Of a DNA stretch of 64,000 nt, positions 10,620-19,741 are shown one piece after another (positions within the stretch are counted from its first letter, which is position 1; every line of letters starts with the position of its first letter). The stretch spans positions 5,454-69,453 of the forward strand of contig VGER01000004.1 of assembly GCA_016869235.1 (NCBI GenBank). Direction: 5' to 3'. Origin of the DNA: Alphaproteobacteria bacterium. Lineage in GTDB: Bacteria > Pseudomonadota > Alphaproteobacteria > UBA2966 > CAIVPW01. Both the position numbers and the translations under genes were made by a program. The notes under the pieces were generated by a model, which worked only from the letters and a program-made list of their open reading frames with translations, was not told the origin of the DNA and did no database searches.

Positions 10620-11936
10620 ATGCCAACCCTGTTCGAAGCCGCGCACTTCGCCGATTCGGCGCCGCGGCCGCTCGCCGAGCGGCTGCGCCCGGCGCGGCTC
10701 AAGGACGTCGTCGGCCAGGAGCGCCTGCTCGGACCGGGCGGGCCGATCGGCCGCATGGTGGCCGCCAATCGCGTGGCCTCGATGATCCTGTGGGGCCCGG
10801 CCGGCACCGGCAAGACCACCGTCGCCCGGCTACTGACCCAGCAAACGGGTCTCCACTTCGAGCAGCTGTCGGCGGTGTTCTCGGGCGTGGGCGACCTGCG
10901 CAAGGGGTTCGAGGCCGCGCGCGCCCGACGTGCGGATGGCCAGGGAACGGTCCTGTTCGTCGACGAGATCCACCGCTTCAATCGCTCGCAGCAGGACGGG
11001 TTTCTGCCCTACGTCGAGGACGGCACCGTGGTCCTCATCGGCGCCACCACCGAGAATCCATCCTTCGAGCTGAACCCGCCGCTTTTGTCGCGCGCCCAGG
11101 TGCTGGTGTTCCGCCGGCTCGACGACAGCGCGCTGGAGACGCTGCTGACGCGTGCCGAGGCGCTGGAAGGCCGCGCCCTGCCGCTCGATGCCGACGCCCG
11201 CGCCGCCTTGCGCGCCATGGCGGACGGCGACGGCCGCTACGTGCTCAACCTCGCCGAGGAGCTGTTCGCGCTGAAGGCGAAGGCGCCGCTGGATACGCGC
11301 GCGCTGTCCGAGGCGATCCAGAAACGCGCGCCCATCTACGACAAGGCGCGCGAGGGTCACTACAACCTCGTCAGCGCGCTGCACAAGGCTGTGCGGGGCT
11401 CCGACGTGGACGCGGCGCTCTACTGGCTGGCGCGGATGTTCGCCGGTGGAGAGGACCCCCTCTACATCGCGCGCCGCGTCGTGCGCATGGCGGTGGAGGA
11501 CATCGGGCTCGCCGATCCTGCCGCCCTGGCGCAGACGCTCGCCGCCAAAGACGCCTACGATTTCCTGGGCTCGCCCGAAGGTGAGCTCGCCATCGCCCAG
11601 GCGGTCATCTACCTGGCCACGGCGCCCAAGTCGAACGCCGCCTACAGTGCGTTCGGCAAGGCGACCCAGCGCGCCAACGAGACGGGCTCGCTGGCGCCGC
11701 CCATGTACGCCATGAATGCTCCGACGCGCCTGATGAAGGATCTCGGCTACAGCCGAGGTTATCAGTACGACCACGACGCACCCGAAGCCTTCGCCGGCGC
11801 TAACTATTTTCCACCCGAGATGCCGCGCGAGACCTATTACGAGCCGGCGGCGCGCGGCTTCGAGCAGGAGATCGCCGCGCGCCTGCAGAAGTGGGCCGCC
11901 ATTCGTAACGCGCAGGGGCGCCGTGCCCAAGGCTGA
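10620..11936 (+). CDS. rarA: Replication-associated recombination protein A (MgsA/RarA AAA+ ATPase)
   Basis: Starts MPTLFEAAHFA...; Walker A GPAGTGKTT; ...ALHKAVRGSDVDAALYWLARM... The ATG at 10620 was chosen over the longer upstream ORF. Confidence 0.88.
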   Translation: MPTLFEAAHFADSAPRPLAERLRPARLKDVVGQERLLGPGGPIGRMVAANRVASMILWGPAGTGKTTVARLLTQQTGLHFEQLSAVFSGVGDLRKGFEAARARRADGQGTVLFVDEIHRFNRSQQDGFLPYVEDGTVVLIGATTENPSFELNPPLLSRAQVLVFRRLDDSALETLLTRAEALEGRALPLDADARAALRAMADGDGRYVLNLAEELFALKAKAPLDTRALSEAIQKRAPIYDKAREGHYNLVSALHKAVRGSDVDAALYWLARMFAGGEDPLYIARRVVRMAVEDIGLADPAALAQTLAAKDAYDFLGSPEGELAIAQAVIYLATAPKSNAAYSAFGKATQRANETGSLAPPMYAMNAPTRLMKDLGYSRGYQYDHDAPEAFAGANYFPPEMPRETYYEPAARGFEQEIAARLQKWAAIRNAQGRRAQG

Positions 11937-12960
11937 GACGCCCAACTACCTTGCGGTGCAGACCGTCGCCGTGACGGCCTCGGACGCCGGCGCGCGCCTC
12001 GACCGCTGGTTCCAGCGCCACATCCCGGAGCTCGGTCATGGCCGCCTGCAGAAGCTCCTGCGCACCGCGCAGGTGAAGGTCGATGGCAGCCGCGCCACGG
12101 CCAGCCAGCGCCTGGAGGCGGGACAGACCATCCGCATTCCGCCGCTGCCCGGTCTCGGCGAAAAACGTGAGCCGAAGAAGCCCGCCGCGGTGACGGAGGG
12201 CAAGGACGCCGCCGACCTCGTCGCGCGCGTGCTCTACCGCGACGAGGACGTGATCGCGCTGAACAAGCCGTCGGGCCTCGCCGTGCAGGGTGGCACCGGC
12301 ACGGCCAAGCACATCGACGGCATGCTCGATGCGCTGCGCTTTGGTGCCGACGCGCGGCCCAGGCTTGTGCATCGCCTCGATCGCGACACCTCGGGCGTAC
12401 TCTTGTTGGCGCGGACGGCGCGCGCGGCGGCGTTCCTCGCCAAGGCGTTCCAGGGCCGCAACGTGCGGAAGACCTACTGGGCGTTGACCCGTGGCGTGCC
12501 CTCACCGAGGGCAGGAACCATCGATGTGCCGCTCGCCAAGGCAGAAGGACCCATGGGCGGCGAGCGCATGGAGGAATCAGAGGAAGGCGACCGCGCCGTC
12601 ACCGACTACCGGGTGGTGGAGGACTTGGTGCGCGCCGCCTGGGTCGAGCTGATGCCGCTCACCGGCCGCACCCACCAGTTGCGCGCCCACATGGCGGCGA
12701 TCGGCACGCCCATCGTGGGCGATCGCAAGTATGGAGGCTCCGAGGCGGTGCTGCCGGGTATTGCGCCGAAGCTGCACCTCCACGCCGCGGCGTTGGCGCT
12801 ACGATTGCCGTCGGGCAAGCAGTGGCACGTCACGGCGCCGTTGCCGGAGCACATGCGGGCAACCTGGAAGCTGATGGGCTTCGCGGAGAAGCCGCAACGA
12901 CACGGCGAGGGCCGGCGGCCGGCGCGGAGCGTGCGCGCGCCCCGTCGTCATTCAGGCTAG
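11923..12960 (+). CDS. RluA-family 23S rRNA pseudouridine synthase with an S4-like N-terminal domain (GTG start)
   Basis: ...GARLDRWFQRHIPELGHGRLQKLLRTAQVKVDG... (S4 domain); HRLDRDTSGVLLLART (catalytic Asp motif). Overlaps the rarA stop. Confidence 0.8.
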   Translation: MPKAETPNYLAVQTVAVTASDAGARLDRWFQRHIPELGHGRLQKLLRTAQVKVDGSRATASQRLEAGQTIRIPPLPGLGEKREPKKPAAVTEGKDAADLVARVLYRDEDVIALNKPSGLAVQGGTGTAKHIDGMLDALRFGADARPRLVHRLDRDTSGVLLLARTARAAAFLAKAFQGRNVRKTYWALTRGVPSPRAGTIDVPLAKAEGPMGGERMEESEEGDRAVTDYRVVEDLVRAAWVELMPLTGRTHQLRAHMAAIGTPIVGDRKYGGSEAVLPGIAPKLHLHAAALALRLPSGKQWHVTAPLPEHMRATWKLMGFAEKPQRHGEGRRPARSVRAPRRHSG

Positions 12961-12970
12961 CTTTGTGAAG

Positions 12971-13045
12971 GTTCGGAGTGCGGGGGCGTGCACCAACCCC
13001 TGGGGAGCACTCGGTTGGAAGCAACGTTCCCCCGCACTTCCAAGC
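12971..13045. other. GC-rich imperfect palindromic, structured element in the intergenic region
   Basis: GGAGTGCGGGGG (12975-12986) can pair with CCCCCGCACTTCC (13029-13041) with one bulge. Nested pairs CCAACC/GGTTGG and GAGTGC/GCACTC lie inside. Lower-GC DNA follows it. Confidence 0.3.
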
Positions 13046-13145
13046 GTGAGCATTACTGCGCACGGGAAGCTTTCGCATCGTGGCTAATTGACGCACCGCA
13101 AGCCTTTGATATTTCTAGCGTAAGTCACCGAACCTGAGGCGGAGG

Positions 13146-13859
13146 ATGAACGTCACCCCCGAAGCCGCGAACTTCGTGCCGGTTGTGGTTCCCGCCGGCA
13201 TTGCATTCGAGGTGCATGCCGGCAAGCGCCGTTTGTCGGTGAAGCCCGGTATTCCGCTGCAGCTGCCCGGCCAGGCGCTCGCCGGCGCCATCTGCGAGGA
13301 ATGGCAAGCGGCCGGTCCGCAGGCGCGCATGGCCGACCTGCGGCTGGCCCGTCTCGCCATAGCCGCGGTCGAAGCCGCGGCCGCCCGTGCCAACATCGAG
13401 GCGGCGTTGCTCGCCTACGTGCACACCGACCTGGTCTGCTATTGGTCGGCCGAGGACGCCCCGCTCGCGCTGCGCGTGCGCCAGGCCACGGCGTGGCAGC
13501 CGATGCTGAACTGGGCCAACCAGGCGTTCGGCGTGCGGCTGCGCGTCACGCACGGCATCGTGCCGGCCCAGCAGGATGAGACGACAGTAGCTCGGATTGG
13601 TCACGTCATCGCGGCGACATCGCCGGCCGAACTGATCGCGTTGCGTCTCGCCGGCGCGGCCGCGGGCTCACTCATCATCGGCTTGGGCCTGCTGCGTGGC
13701 GCCTGGGGAGTGGACGAGGCGTACGCCGCCAGCACCGTGGACGAGGCCTACCAGATGGAGCGCTGGGGCACCGATGCGGAGGCGGAAGTCTCGCTGGCCG
13801 CGCGGCGGACAGACCTTGGCGATGCGGTGCGGTTCCTGAAGCTGTGTAACGCGGCATGA
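13146..13859 (+). CDS. ATP12-family F1-ATPase assembly chaperone
   Basis: 237-aa ORF; ...LLAYVHTDLVCYWSAEDAPLALRVRQATAWQPMLNWANQAFGVRLRVTHGIVPAQQ... fits ATP12 family conservation. Confidence 0.8.
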   Translation: MNVTPEAANFVPVVVPAGIAFEVHAGKRRLSVKPGIPLQLPGQALAGAICEEWQAAGPQARMADLRLARLAIAAVEAAAARANIEAALLAYVHTDLVCYWSAEDAPLALRVRQATAWQPMLNWANQAFGVRLRVTHGIVPAQQDETTVARIGHVIAATSPAELIALRLAGAAAGSLIIGLGLLRGAWGVDEAYAASTVDEAYQMERWGTDAEAEVSLAARRTDLGDAVRFLKLCNAA

Positions 13860-14107
13860 GCGAGCGCGCGGTGCTCGTGCGCATCCGGGGCCGCGTCCAG
13901 GGCGTCGGCTACCGCGACTGGACTCAGCGGCGCGCGATGGAGCTGGGCGTCGACGGCTGGGTGCGCAATGTCGACGATGGCAGCGTCGAAGCCTTATTGG
14001 CCGGCGCGCGCGTCAGCGTCGAGCGCATGGTGACGGAGTGCCGCAGAGGGCCTCCGGCCGCCCAAGTTACGGCCCTCGAAGAAGAGGACGCGACCGCCGA
14101 GGGCTAG
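13856..14107 (+). CDS. acyP: Acylphosphatase
   Basis: 83-aa ORF; VRIRGRVQGVGYRDWTQRRAMELGVDGWVRNVDDGSVE motif. Its ATG overlaps the ATP12 stop (ATGA). Confidence 0.8.
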   Translation: MSERAVLVRIRGRVQGVGYRDWTQRRAMELGVDGWVRNVDDGSVEALLAGARVSVERMVTECRRGPPAAQVTALEEEDATAEG

Positions 14108-14139
14108 GCCCTGGCTCCCGGGCGCGGCTTCCGTATCCG

Positions 14140-14820
14140 CTACGTTTGAGCGCCGACCGTCGCGTCGAAGGCCCGCCGCAGCGCCGCGTCCAGGTCCTGC
14201 ATGGTCGAGGCCCCTCCCAGTGCCGCCAGCGACGTGACGCCATGCTCGCGCACGCCGCACGGCACGATGCCGGCGAACTTGCCAAGGTCGGGGTTCACGT
14301 TGATGGCGATGCCGTGGAACGTCACCCATCGCCGTATCCGTACGCCGACGGCGGCGATCTTGGCTTCGCCTCCCGCACCTGGCCCGGCGACCCAGATGCC
14401 GATGCGGCCAGCCCGCCGCTCGCCCCGCACGCCGAGCTCGCCGAGGGCGCGAATGATCCACTCCTCGAGACCCTGCACATAGGCGCGCACATCCCGGCCC
14501 CGTTGGTGCAGGTCGGCCATGACGTAGGCGATGCGCTGTCCGGGGCCATGGTAGGTGTACCGGCCGCCACGGCCGCTGGGGTAGACGGGCAGGGCGTCGG
14601 GCGCCAGAAGCTCGGCCGGATCGGCGCTGGTCCCGGCGGTATAGAGAGGCGGGTGCTCCAGCAGCCAAACGAGCTCCTCGGCGCGGCCGGCCAGGATGCC
14701 CGCGACCCGGGCTTCCATGCGGTCCACGGCCTCGGGGTAGGGGACCAGGCCGGGGCTGGTTTGCCAGGCGAATCCCTGCCCCGCCACGGCCGGCCGCCTT
14801 AACTCGTTGCTAACGCTCAT
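14140..14820 (-). CDS. lipB: Octanoyltransferase LipB
   Basis: 226-aa ORF; ...[15 protein letters not shown]...[21 protein letters not shown]...[21 protein letters not shown]... Confidence 0.85.
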   Translation of the reverse strand: MSVSNELRRPAVAGQGFAWQTSPGLVPYPEAVDRMEARVAGILAGRAEELVWLLEHPPLYTAGTSADPAELLAPDALPVYPSGRGGRYTYHGPGQRIAYVMADLHQRGRDVRAYVQGLEEWIIRALGELGVRGERRAGRIGIWVAGPGAGGEAKIAAVGVRIRRWVTFHGIAINVNPDLGKFAGIVPCGVREHGVTSLAALGGASTMQDLDAALRRAFDATVGAQT

Positions 14821-14885
14821 GACCGCATCCTAGCCTGACCAACAAAGGCGCCGGCCCATGGCCGCCGCCCATTCTGGGGACCGAA

Positions 14886-15242
14886 ATGGCCGCTGACCAT
14901 CCGCTCTCCGCTGCAATGAATATGGGGGACATGACCTCCGCCGCCGACCAGCAGGTGCCGGAAATGCCCACCAAGCGCGGGCCGCAGCGCCGCAACCGCC
15001 AGAAGGAGCCGGCGTTCAACGAGATCTCGGTCGAGCTTTCGGTGGTCCTGGGCCGCGCCAGGATGCCCATCCACCAGCTGCTGAAGAGGGGCCGCGGCGC
15101 GGTCATCGAGCTTGGCGCCTCGGTGGACGACGATGCCGCCATCTACGCCAACAACCGCCTGATCGCCCGGGGCCAGGTGGTTGTCGTCGGCGAGAATATC
15201 GCCATCTCCATCACCGAAACGGTGCCGATCACCGAGATGTAG
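14886..15242 (+). CDS. fliN: FliN-like (SpoA-domain) flagellar motor-switch protein; a solitary copy
   Basis: C-terminal ...VELSVVLGRARMPIHQLLKRGRGAVIELGASVDDDAAIYANNRLIARGQVVVVGENIAISITE matches the FliN/YscQ SpoA domain. No other flagellar gene is in the window. Confidence 0.7.
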   Translation: MAADHPLSAAMNMGDMTSAADQQVPEMPTKRGPQRRNRQKEPAFNEISVELSVVLGRARMPIHQLLKRGRGAVIELGASVDDDAAIYANNRLIARGQVVVVGENIAISITETVPITEM

Positions 15243-15333
15243 CGCTCTGCGCCCCACCCGAGGGAGCACCCAATTCCTTGAACGCCCCTTGGGGATTTGC
15301 TATCCCCGGGACCCCAAGCCTCAATTCCTTCGT

Positions 15334-15420
15334 GCGGTTGTGGCGGAACTGGTAGACGCGCAGCGTTGAGGTCGCTGTGGGCGTAAGCTCGTGGAGGTTC
15401 GAGTCCTCTCAACCGCACCA
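15334..15420 (+). tRNA. tRNA-Leu (anticodon GAG), class II with a long variable arm, CCA encoded
   Basis: Manual cloverleaf: acceptor GCGGTTG/CAACCGC; D-stem GCG/CGC; anticodon stem CAGCG/CGCTG with loop TTGAGGT; T-loop TTCGAGT; 3' ACCA. Confidence 0.9.
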
Positions 15421-15573
15421 CCTCTCTTCGAACCATCGCCTCGGGCCCGAGGTTAGGCCCAAGGTTCATCCAGCGGACAAGTCGGACGGAAACGTGCGCG
15501 GCGCGCTTTTGCGGCCCACGGCGCGGGTGTAGGTTCGCGCCGAATTCACCCGCCGGACCAAGGGCGAGTCCGC

Positions 15574-16983
15574 ATGACCGAGCCGGCGCTCGACCAGACC
15601 CTTCCGGAACCGCCCAAGGACGCGGTGCCGCCGCCGGACGAGCACGCGGGCGTATCGCCGGAGCAGGTTGTGGCCGTGCGCGAGGCCCTCGCCGCCGGCG
15701 ACCTCGAACGAGCCGCCGCCCTCGTCAGCGATCTGCACGCCGCCGACGCCGCGGCGCTCATCAGCCAACTCGACGATGCTCCCCGCCAGTCGCTGGTCGA
15801 AGCACTGCGCGGCCGCATCGACGCAGAGGTGCTGGCAAGCCTCGAAGGCCCCGTCCAGGAGGAGGTGCTCGAGCAACTCGGTCCCGAGGAGGTCGCGAGC
15901 GCCGTCGCCGAGCTCGAGACCGACGACGCCGTGCAGGTGGTCGCCGCGCTCGACGAAGCGCGGCGCGACGAAGTGCTCGAGGCGGTGCCGAGCACCGAAC
16001 GCACGCAGATCGAGCAGGGCCTCGCGTACCCCGAGGAGTCGGCCGGCCGACTCATGCAGGGGACCTTCATCGCCATGCCGGAGTTCTGGTCGGTCGGCCA
16101 GGCCATCGACTACCTGCGCGACGCCGACGACCTGCCCGATGAGTTCTACGAGCTGTTCGTCACCGATCCGGACGGCAAGCCGCTCGGCACCATCCCGCTC
16201 AATCGCTTTCTCAAGGCGAAGCGGCACGTCGTCCTGCGCGACATCCTCGATACCGACAAGAAGTTTCTGCCCACCGATATGGACCAGGAAGAGGTCGCGT
16301 ACCAGTTCCAGCAGTACGACATGCCGTCCGCCGGCGTGGTAGACGAGCGCGGCCGCCTGGTGGGCGTGATTATGATCGACGACGTGGTCGACGTCGTGCG
16401 CGAGGAGGTCGAGGAGGACCTGCTCGCACTGTCCGGCGTCAGCGAGGCAGGCTTCGCGCGCTCGGTGCGCACCGTGACGCGCGCCCGCTTTCCGTGGCTG
16501 TTCGCCAACGTCCTCACCGCGTTCCTCGCCGCCGCAGTGATCGGCTTTTTCGAGGGCACCATCGAGCAGATGGTGGCGGCGGCGGTGCTGATGCCGATTG
16601 TCGCCAGCATGGGCGGCAACGCCGGCAATCAGACGGTAGCGGTCGCTGTGCGGGCCATCGCCACCCACTCGCTCACTCCGGCGAACGCCGGCCGCATCGT
16701 GCTCAACGAACTGCTGGTGGGCGGCGCCAACGGCGTCATCTTCGCCGTGCTGGTGGGGGTGGTTGGCGGCCTGTGGTTCGGCCAGCCGGAGCTCGGCTTC
16801 GTGTTCGGCCTGGCGATGTTCCTCAACCTCCTGGCGGCGGCGCTCGCAGGCATTCTCGTCCCGCTTGGGCTGGCCCGCGCCGGCGTGGATCCGGCGGTCT
16901 CCTCCAGCGTGTTCGTCACCACGGTGACCGACGTAGTCGGCTTCTTCGCCTTCCTCGGCCTCGTGACGGTGCTGCTGCTCTAG
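15574..16983 (+). CDS. mgtE: Magnesium transporter MgtE
   Basis: 469-aa ORF with an N-terminal domain, CBS pair (...GRLVGVIMIDDVVDVV...) and a C-terminal membrane domain (...MPIVASMGGNAGNQ...). Confidence 0.88.
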   Translation: MTEPALDQTLPEPPKDAVPPPDEHAGVSPEQVVAVREALAAGDLERAAALVSDLHAADAAALISQLDDAPRQSLVEALRGRIDAEVLASLEGPVQEEVLEQLGPEEVASAVAELETDDAVQVVAALDEARRDEVLEAVPSTERTQIEQGLAYPEESAGRLMQGTFIAMPEFWSVGQAIDYLRDADDLPDEFYELFVTDPDGKPLGTIPLNRFLKAKRHVVLRDILDTDKKFLPTDMDQEEVAYQFQQYDMPSAGVVDERGRLVGVIMIDDVVDVVREEVEEDLLALSGVSEAGFARSVRTVTRARFPWLFANVLTAFLAAAVIGFFEGTIEQMVAAAVLMPIVASMGGNAGNQTVAVAVRAIATHSLTPANAGRIVLNELLVGGANGVIFAVLVGVVGGLWFGQPELGFVFGLAMFLNLLAAALAGILVPLGLARAGVDPAVSSSVFVTTVTDVVGFFAFLGLVTVLLL

Positions 16984-17747
16984 AAGCGCCTTCCCACCAG
17001 GAAGCTTGCCGAGTGGCCGTAGGAGGCCGACAGGTTCGTCGTGTCCGCCCGTCCCAAGACGAACGAAAAGCGCCCGTCCACGCCTACATAGCCGCCGTTG
17101 CGCAGGTTGCGGATCAGGCTCAGGTACGGCGTCACGTCGTTGATGCCGGTGGCGCCGTCCTCGAAGTGGGCATAGTTGTACTTCTTCGAGCCGTAGTGGC
17201 CTTCGATCCCGACGAACAGGCTGGAGTTCTCCGACAGCGGGTTGCCGCGCGCCACGCCGAACGCGCCGCGGATCCCCTTGTGGCTCGATAGGGCGTACTT
17301 CAGGTCGGCGTTGAGACGCCACGGTCCCGAATAGCGCAGCCAGAAGAACCCGAGCTCGGCGGTGGCGCCGATGTCGTCCGTACCGGCGAGGAAGGCGTCG
17401 TCGCCCTGCTTGCGACCCCAGTCGTAGGTGATGCGCGGCCCCGCCAGCGTTTGTCCCGAGTTGATCCAGTTGAAGCCGAGGCCGCGCTGGGTGCTGAAGA
17501 AGTACCGGTTGCGCCACTCGACATCGATCAGCGGTAGCGCCACGACCTTATCGTCGCGCGAGTACTGGTACGTTCCCGCGACGCCGACGCCCACTGCCAG
17601 GTTCACTTTCCACGCGTTGTCCGATCGCCAACGCATGGCGTTGCCCACCGACAGCATCTGTTCGTAGTCCTGGGCCGCGGCCGGGTGGGCATGCGTGGCC
17701 AGTACGAGCACAAGGGAGAGCCCGAGGGAGAGGAAAAGCGCGCGCAT
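16980..17747 (-). CDS. mipA: MipA/OmpV-family outer-membrane protein
   Basis: Signal peptide MRALFLSLGLSLVLVLATHAHPAAAQD, then beta-barrel-like sequence ending ...SASFLVGRRF. The ATG at 17747 was chosen over the long upstream ORF. Confidence 0.8.
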   Translation of the reverse strand: MRALFLSLGLSLVLVLATHAHPAAAQDYEQMLSVGNAMRWRSDNAWKVNLAVGVGVAGTYQYSRDDKVVALPLIDVEWRNRYFFSTQRGLGFNWINSGQTLAGPRITYDWGRKQGDDAFLAGTDDIGATAELGFFWLRYSGPWRLNADLKYALSSHKGIRGAFGVARGNPLSENSSLFVGIEGHYGSKKYNYAHFEDGATGINDVTPYLSLIRNLRNGGYVGVDGRFSFVLGRADTTNLSASYGHSASFLVGRRF

Positions 17748-18850
17748 CCTTTCACCAGCGTCACCACCGCGCCTGCGATGGCCAATGCCGCCGTAAGCCC
17801 TGGTGATTCGATTCCGAACAGGTTGACCAAGCCACGAATACCATGCGGAGCGCGCCCTTGGAGCATGAAATCGGCTGGCGGCGCGCCGGGCGCCTGGATC
17901 TTCGGCCGTATGCCGGCAAAGGCGGGCTTGAGCGCGCTCTCCTTGATGTCGGGGTAGTAACGCTTGATCGCTGCGCAAAAGACCTTCGCCCGCGCCGCGT
18001 CCACGGTGTAATCGATCTCGTCCACCCATTCGTCGTCAGGCCCGAAGCGCGCTTTGCATGCCATGTCGAGCGTGTAATGGATGCCGAGACCGTCGCTGCG
18101 CGGCGTCGGATATACCAGACGCTGGAAGGGCGCCGCGCCCGCCAGCGAGAAGTACTGCCCCTTGTTGAGGTAACGCCGCGGGATCAGACTCTTCTGCATC
18201 CGCGGGATGCGGTCGGCGACTGACTGCGCGTTCAGCCCCGCCGCGTTCACCAGCACGCTGGAGCGCAGGACCGACTGGGTCGTGACGCCCACAGTCACCT
18301 CGAAGTGCGCGCCCATGGCGCGCGCCGATCGGAACGGGGTGCGAAGGACGAAAGTCGCGCCAGCGGCTTCGGCGTCGGACTGCATTGCCAGCATCAACGC
18401 CCGGCTATCGACGATGCCGGTGGAGTGCACATGCAGTGCGCCAACGCATCGCAGCGCCGGCTCGAGCTTCTGCGCCTCTGCGGCCGTCAGGAACTCCACC
18501 TTGCCGGCGGCATTCGCCACCGCGCGCGCGTGCAGGTCGTGTAGAATCGCCATCTCGGCGTCCTCAGTGGCGACGATGAGCTTGCCGACCTCACGGTGGG
18601 GGATCTTCTTCTCGGCGCAGTATTGGTAGAGCAGCCGCCGCCCGCGTACGCACAGCGCCGCCTTGAGGCTGTTCTTCGGGTAATAGATGCCGGCGTGGAT
18701 GACCTCGCTGGAGCGCGCGCTGGTCGCGCTGCCGACCGTGTCTGCCGCTTCCAGAACGACCACTTCCCGCTTGGCGAGGGCAAGCTGCCGCGCGACCGCG
18801 ATGCCCACGACGCCAGCTCCCACGACGATGCAGTCGACTTCTTGGACCAA
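17603..18850 (-). CDS. lhgO: FAD-dependent L-2-hydroxyglutarate oxidase-like oxidoreductase
   Basis: N-terminal DCIVVGAGVVGIAVARQLA (FAD Rossmann fold); ...GIESPGLTAALAIAGAVV... near the C-terminus. The final about 47 aa (CARFSSPSGSPLCSYWPRMPTRPRPR...) look non-native and overlap the mipA start. Confidence 0.7.
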   Translation of the reverse strand: MVQEVDCIVVGAGVVGIAVARQLALAKREVVVLEAADTVGSATSARSSEVIHAGIYYPKNSLKAALCVRGRRLLYQYCAEKKIPHREVGKLIVATEDAEMAILHDLHARAVANAAGKVEFLTAAEAQKLEPALRCVGALHVHSTGIVDSRALMLAMQSDAEAAGATFVLRTPFRSARAMGAHFEVTVGVTTQSVLRSSVLVNAAGLNAQSVADRIPRMQKSLIPRRYLNKGQYFSLAGAAPFQRLVYPTPRSDGLGIHYTLDMACKARFGPDDEWVDEIDYTVDAARAKVFCAAIKRYYPDIKESALKPAFAGIRPKIQAPGAPPADFMLQGRAPHGIRGLVNLFGIESPGLTAALAIAGAVVTLVKGCARFSSPSGSPLCSYWPRMPTRPRPRTTNRCCRWATPCVGDRTTRGK

Positions 18851-19021
18851 CCGGTCTCCCCCTAAGCGTAGTGGTGCGGAGTGTTATGGGGCCTAGCGGC
18901 TGCGGTCAAGCCGCGGCCCGCCCGAACGTGCCAGTCTATCGCCCGGCTGTGACGGGCAACCGTCCGATCAGCGCGTTGACGCGTGTCGGCCCGCGACCCC
19001 ACATGCAGAAGCGATAGCTCG

Positions 19022-19732
19022 ATGAACGAAGAGAAGAGGATTCCCCTGCCTCCCGCCCAGGCGCGCCAGCGGGTGGACGCGTTCCTGACGCAGCTCGCCG
19101 CCGTCCCGGCGGTGCGCACCGCGGGTCCGCGCGGCCGCCTGCTGTTTGCGCTCGACGCCACCGCCAGCCGCGAGGCGGCCTGGGATCGCGCCTGCCAGAT
19201 CCAGGGCGAGATGTTCCAGGAAACTTCCGCCCTCGGAGGCCTCGACGTGCAGATGCTCTACTATCGTGGCTTCGGTGAATTCCACGCCACGCCGTGGGTG
19301 TCGGACTCGAAGGCGCTGATCGGCACCATGAGCGGCGTGCGCTGCCTCGCCGGCAAGACGCAGATCGCCCAAGTGCTGTGCCATGCGCTTGCCGAGGCGC
19401 GCGCGGGCAAGGTGAGCGCCCTGGTCTTCGTCGGTGATTGCGTCGAGGAGGACGTGGATACGTTGGGCGCGCTCGCCGGAGAACTCGGGGTTCGCGGCGT
19501 GCCGGCGTTCGTCTTCCAGGAAGGATTCGAGCCCGGCGCCGAGCGGGCCTTGCGCCAGGTGGCCCAGCTCAGCCGCGGTGCGTGGTGCCGCTTCGACGCA
19601 TCTTCGGCGTCGCAGCTGCGCGATCTCTTGGCCGCGGTCGCGGTCTATGCCGCTGGCGGGCGCAAGGCACTCGACGACTACAGTGCCAAGCGCAAGGGCC
19701 ACGTACACTTGCTTGCCAAGCAGTTGGAGTAG
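19022..19732 (+). CDS. VWA-like domain protein (MIDAS-like DATAS)
   Basis: ...GRLLFALDATASREAAWD... then ...VSALVFVGDCVEEDVD... An alternative GTG start exists at 18983. Confidence 0.65.
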   Translation: MNEEKRIPLPPAQARQRVDAFLTQLAAVPAVRTAGPRGRLLFALDATASREAAWDRACQIQGEMFQETSALGGLDVQMLYYRGFGEFHATPWVSDSKALIGTMSGVRCLAGKTQIAQVLCHALAEARAGKVSALVFVGDCVEEDVDTLGALAGELGVRGVPAFVFQEGFEPGAERALRQVAQLSRGAWCRFDASSASQLRDLLAAVAVYAAGGRKALDDYSAKRKGHVHLLAKQLE

Positions 19733-19741
19733 GGGACCGCC

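Noticed and set aside
10271-11584. 437-aa plus-strand ORF overlapping rarA
   Set aside because: Only its first about 100 codons are real, as the tail of the decayed small basic protein. The remainder is an open alternative frame across rarA.
15265-15330. Direct repeat CAATTCCTT (15269 and 15321) upstream of tRNA-Leu as a possible integration-site att repeat
   Set aside because: Only 9 bp, 52 bp apart, with no integrase or island gene content nearby. More likely promoter or leader sequence of the tRNA.
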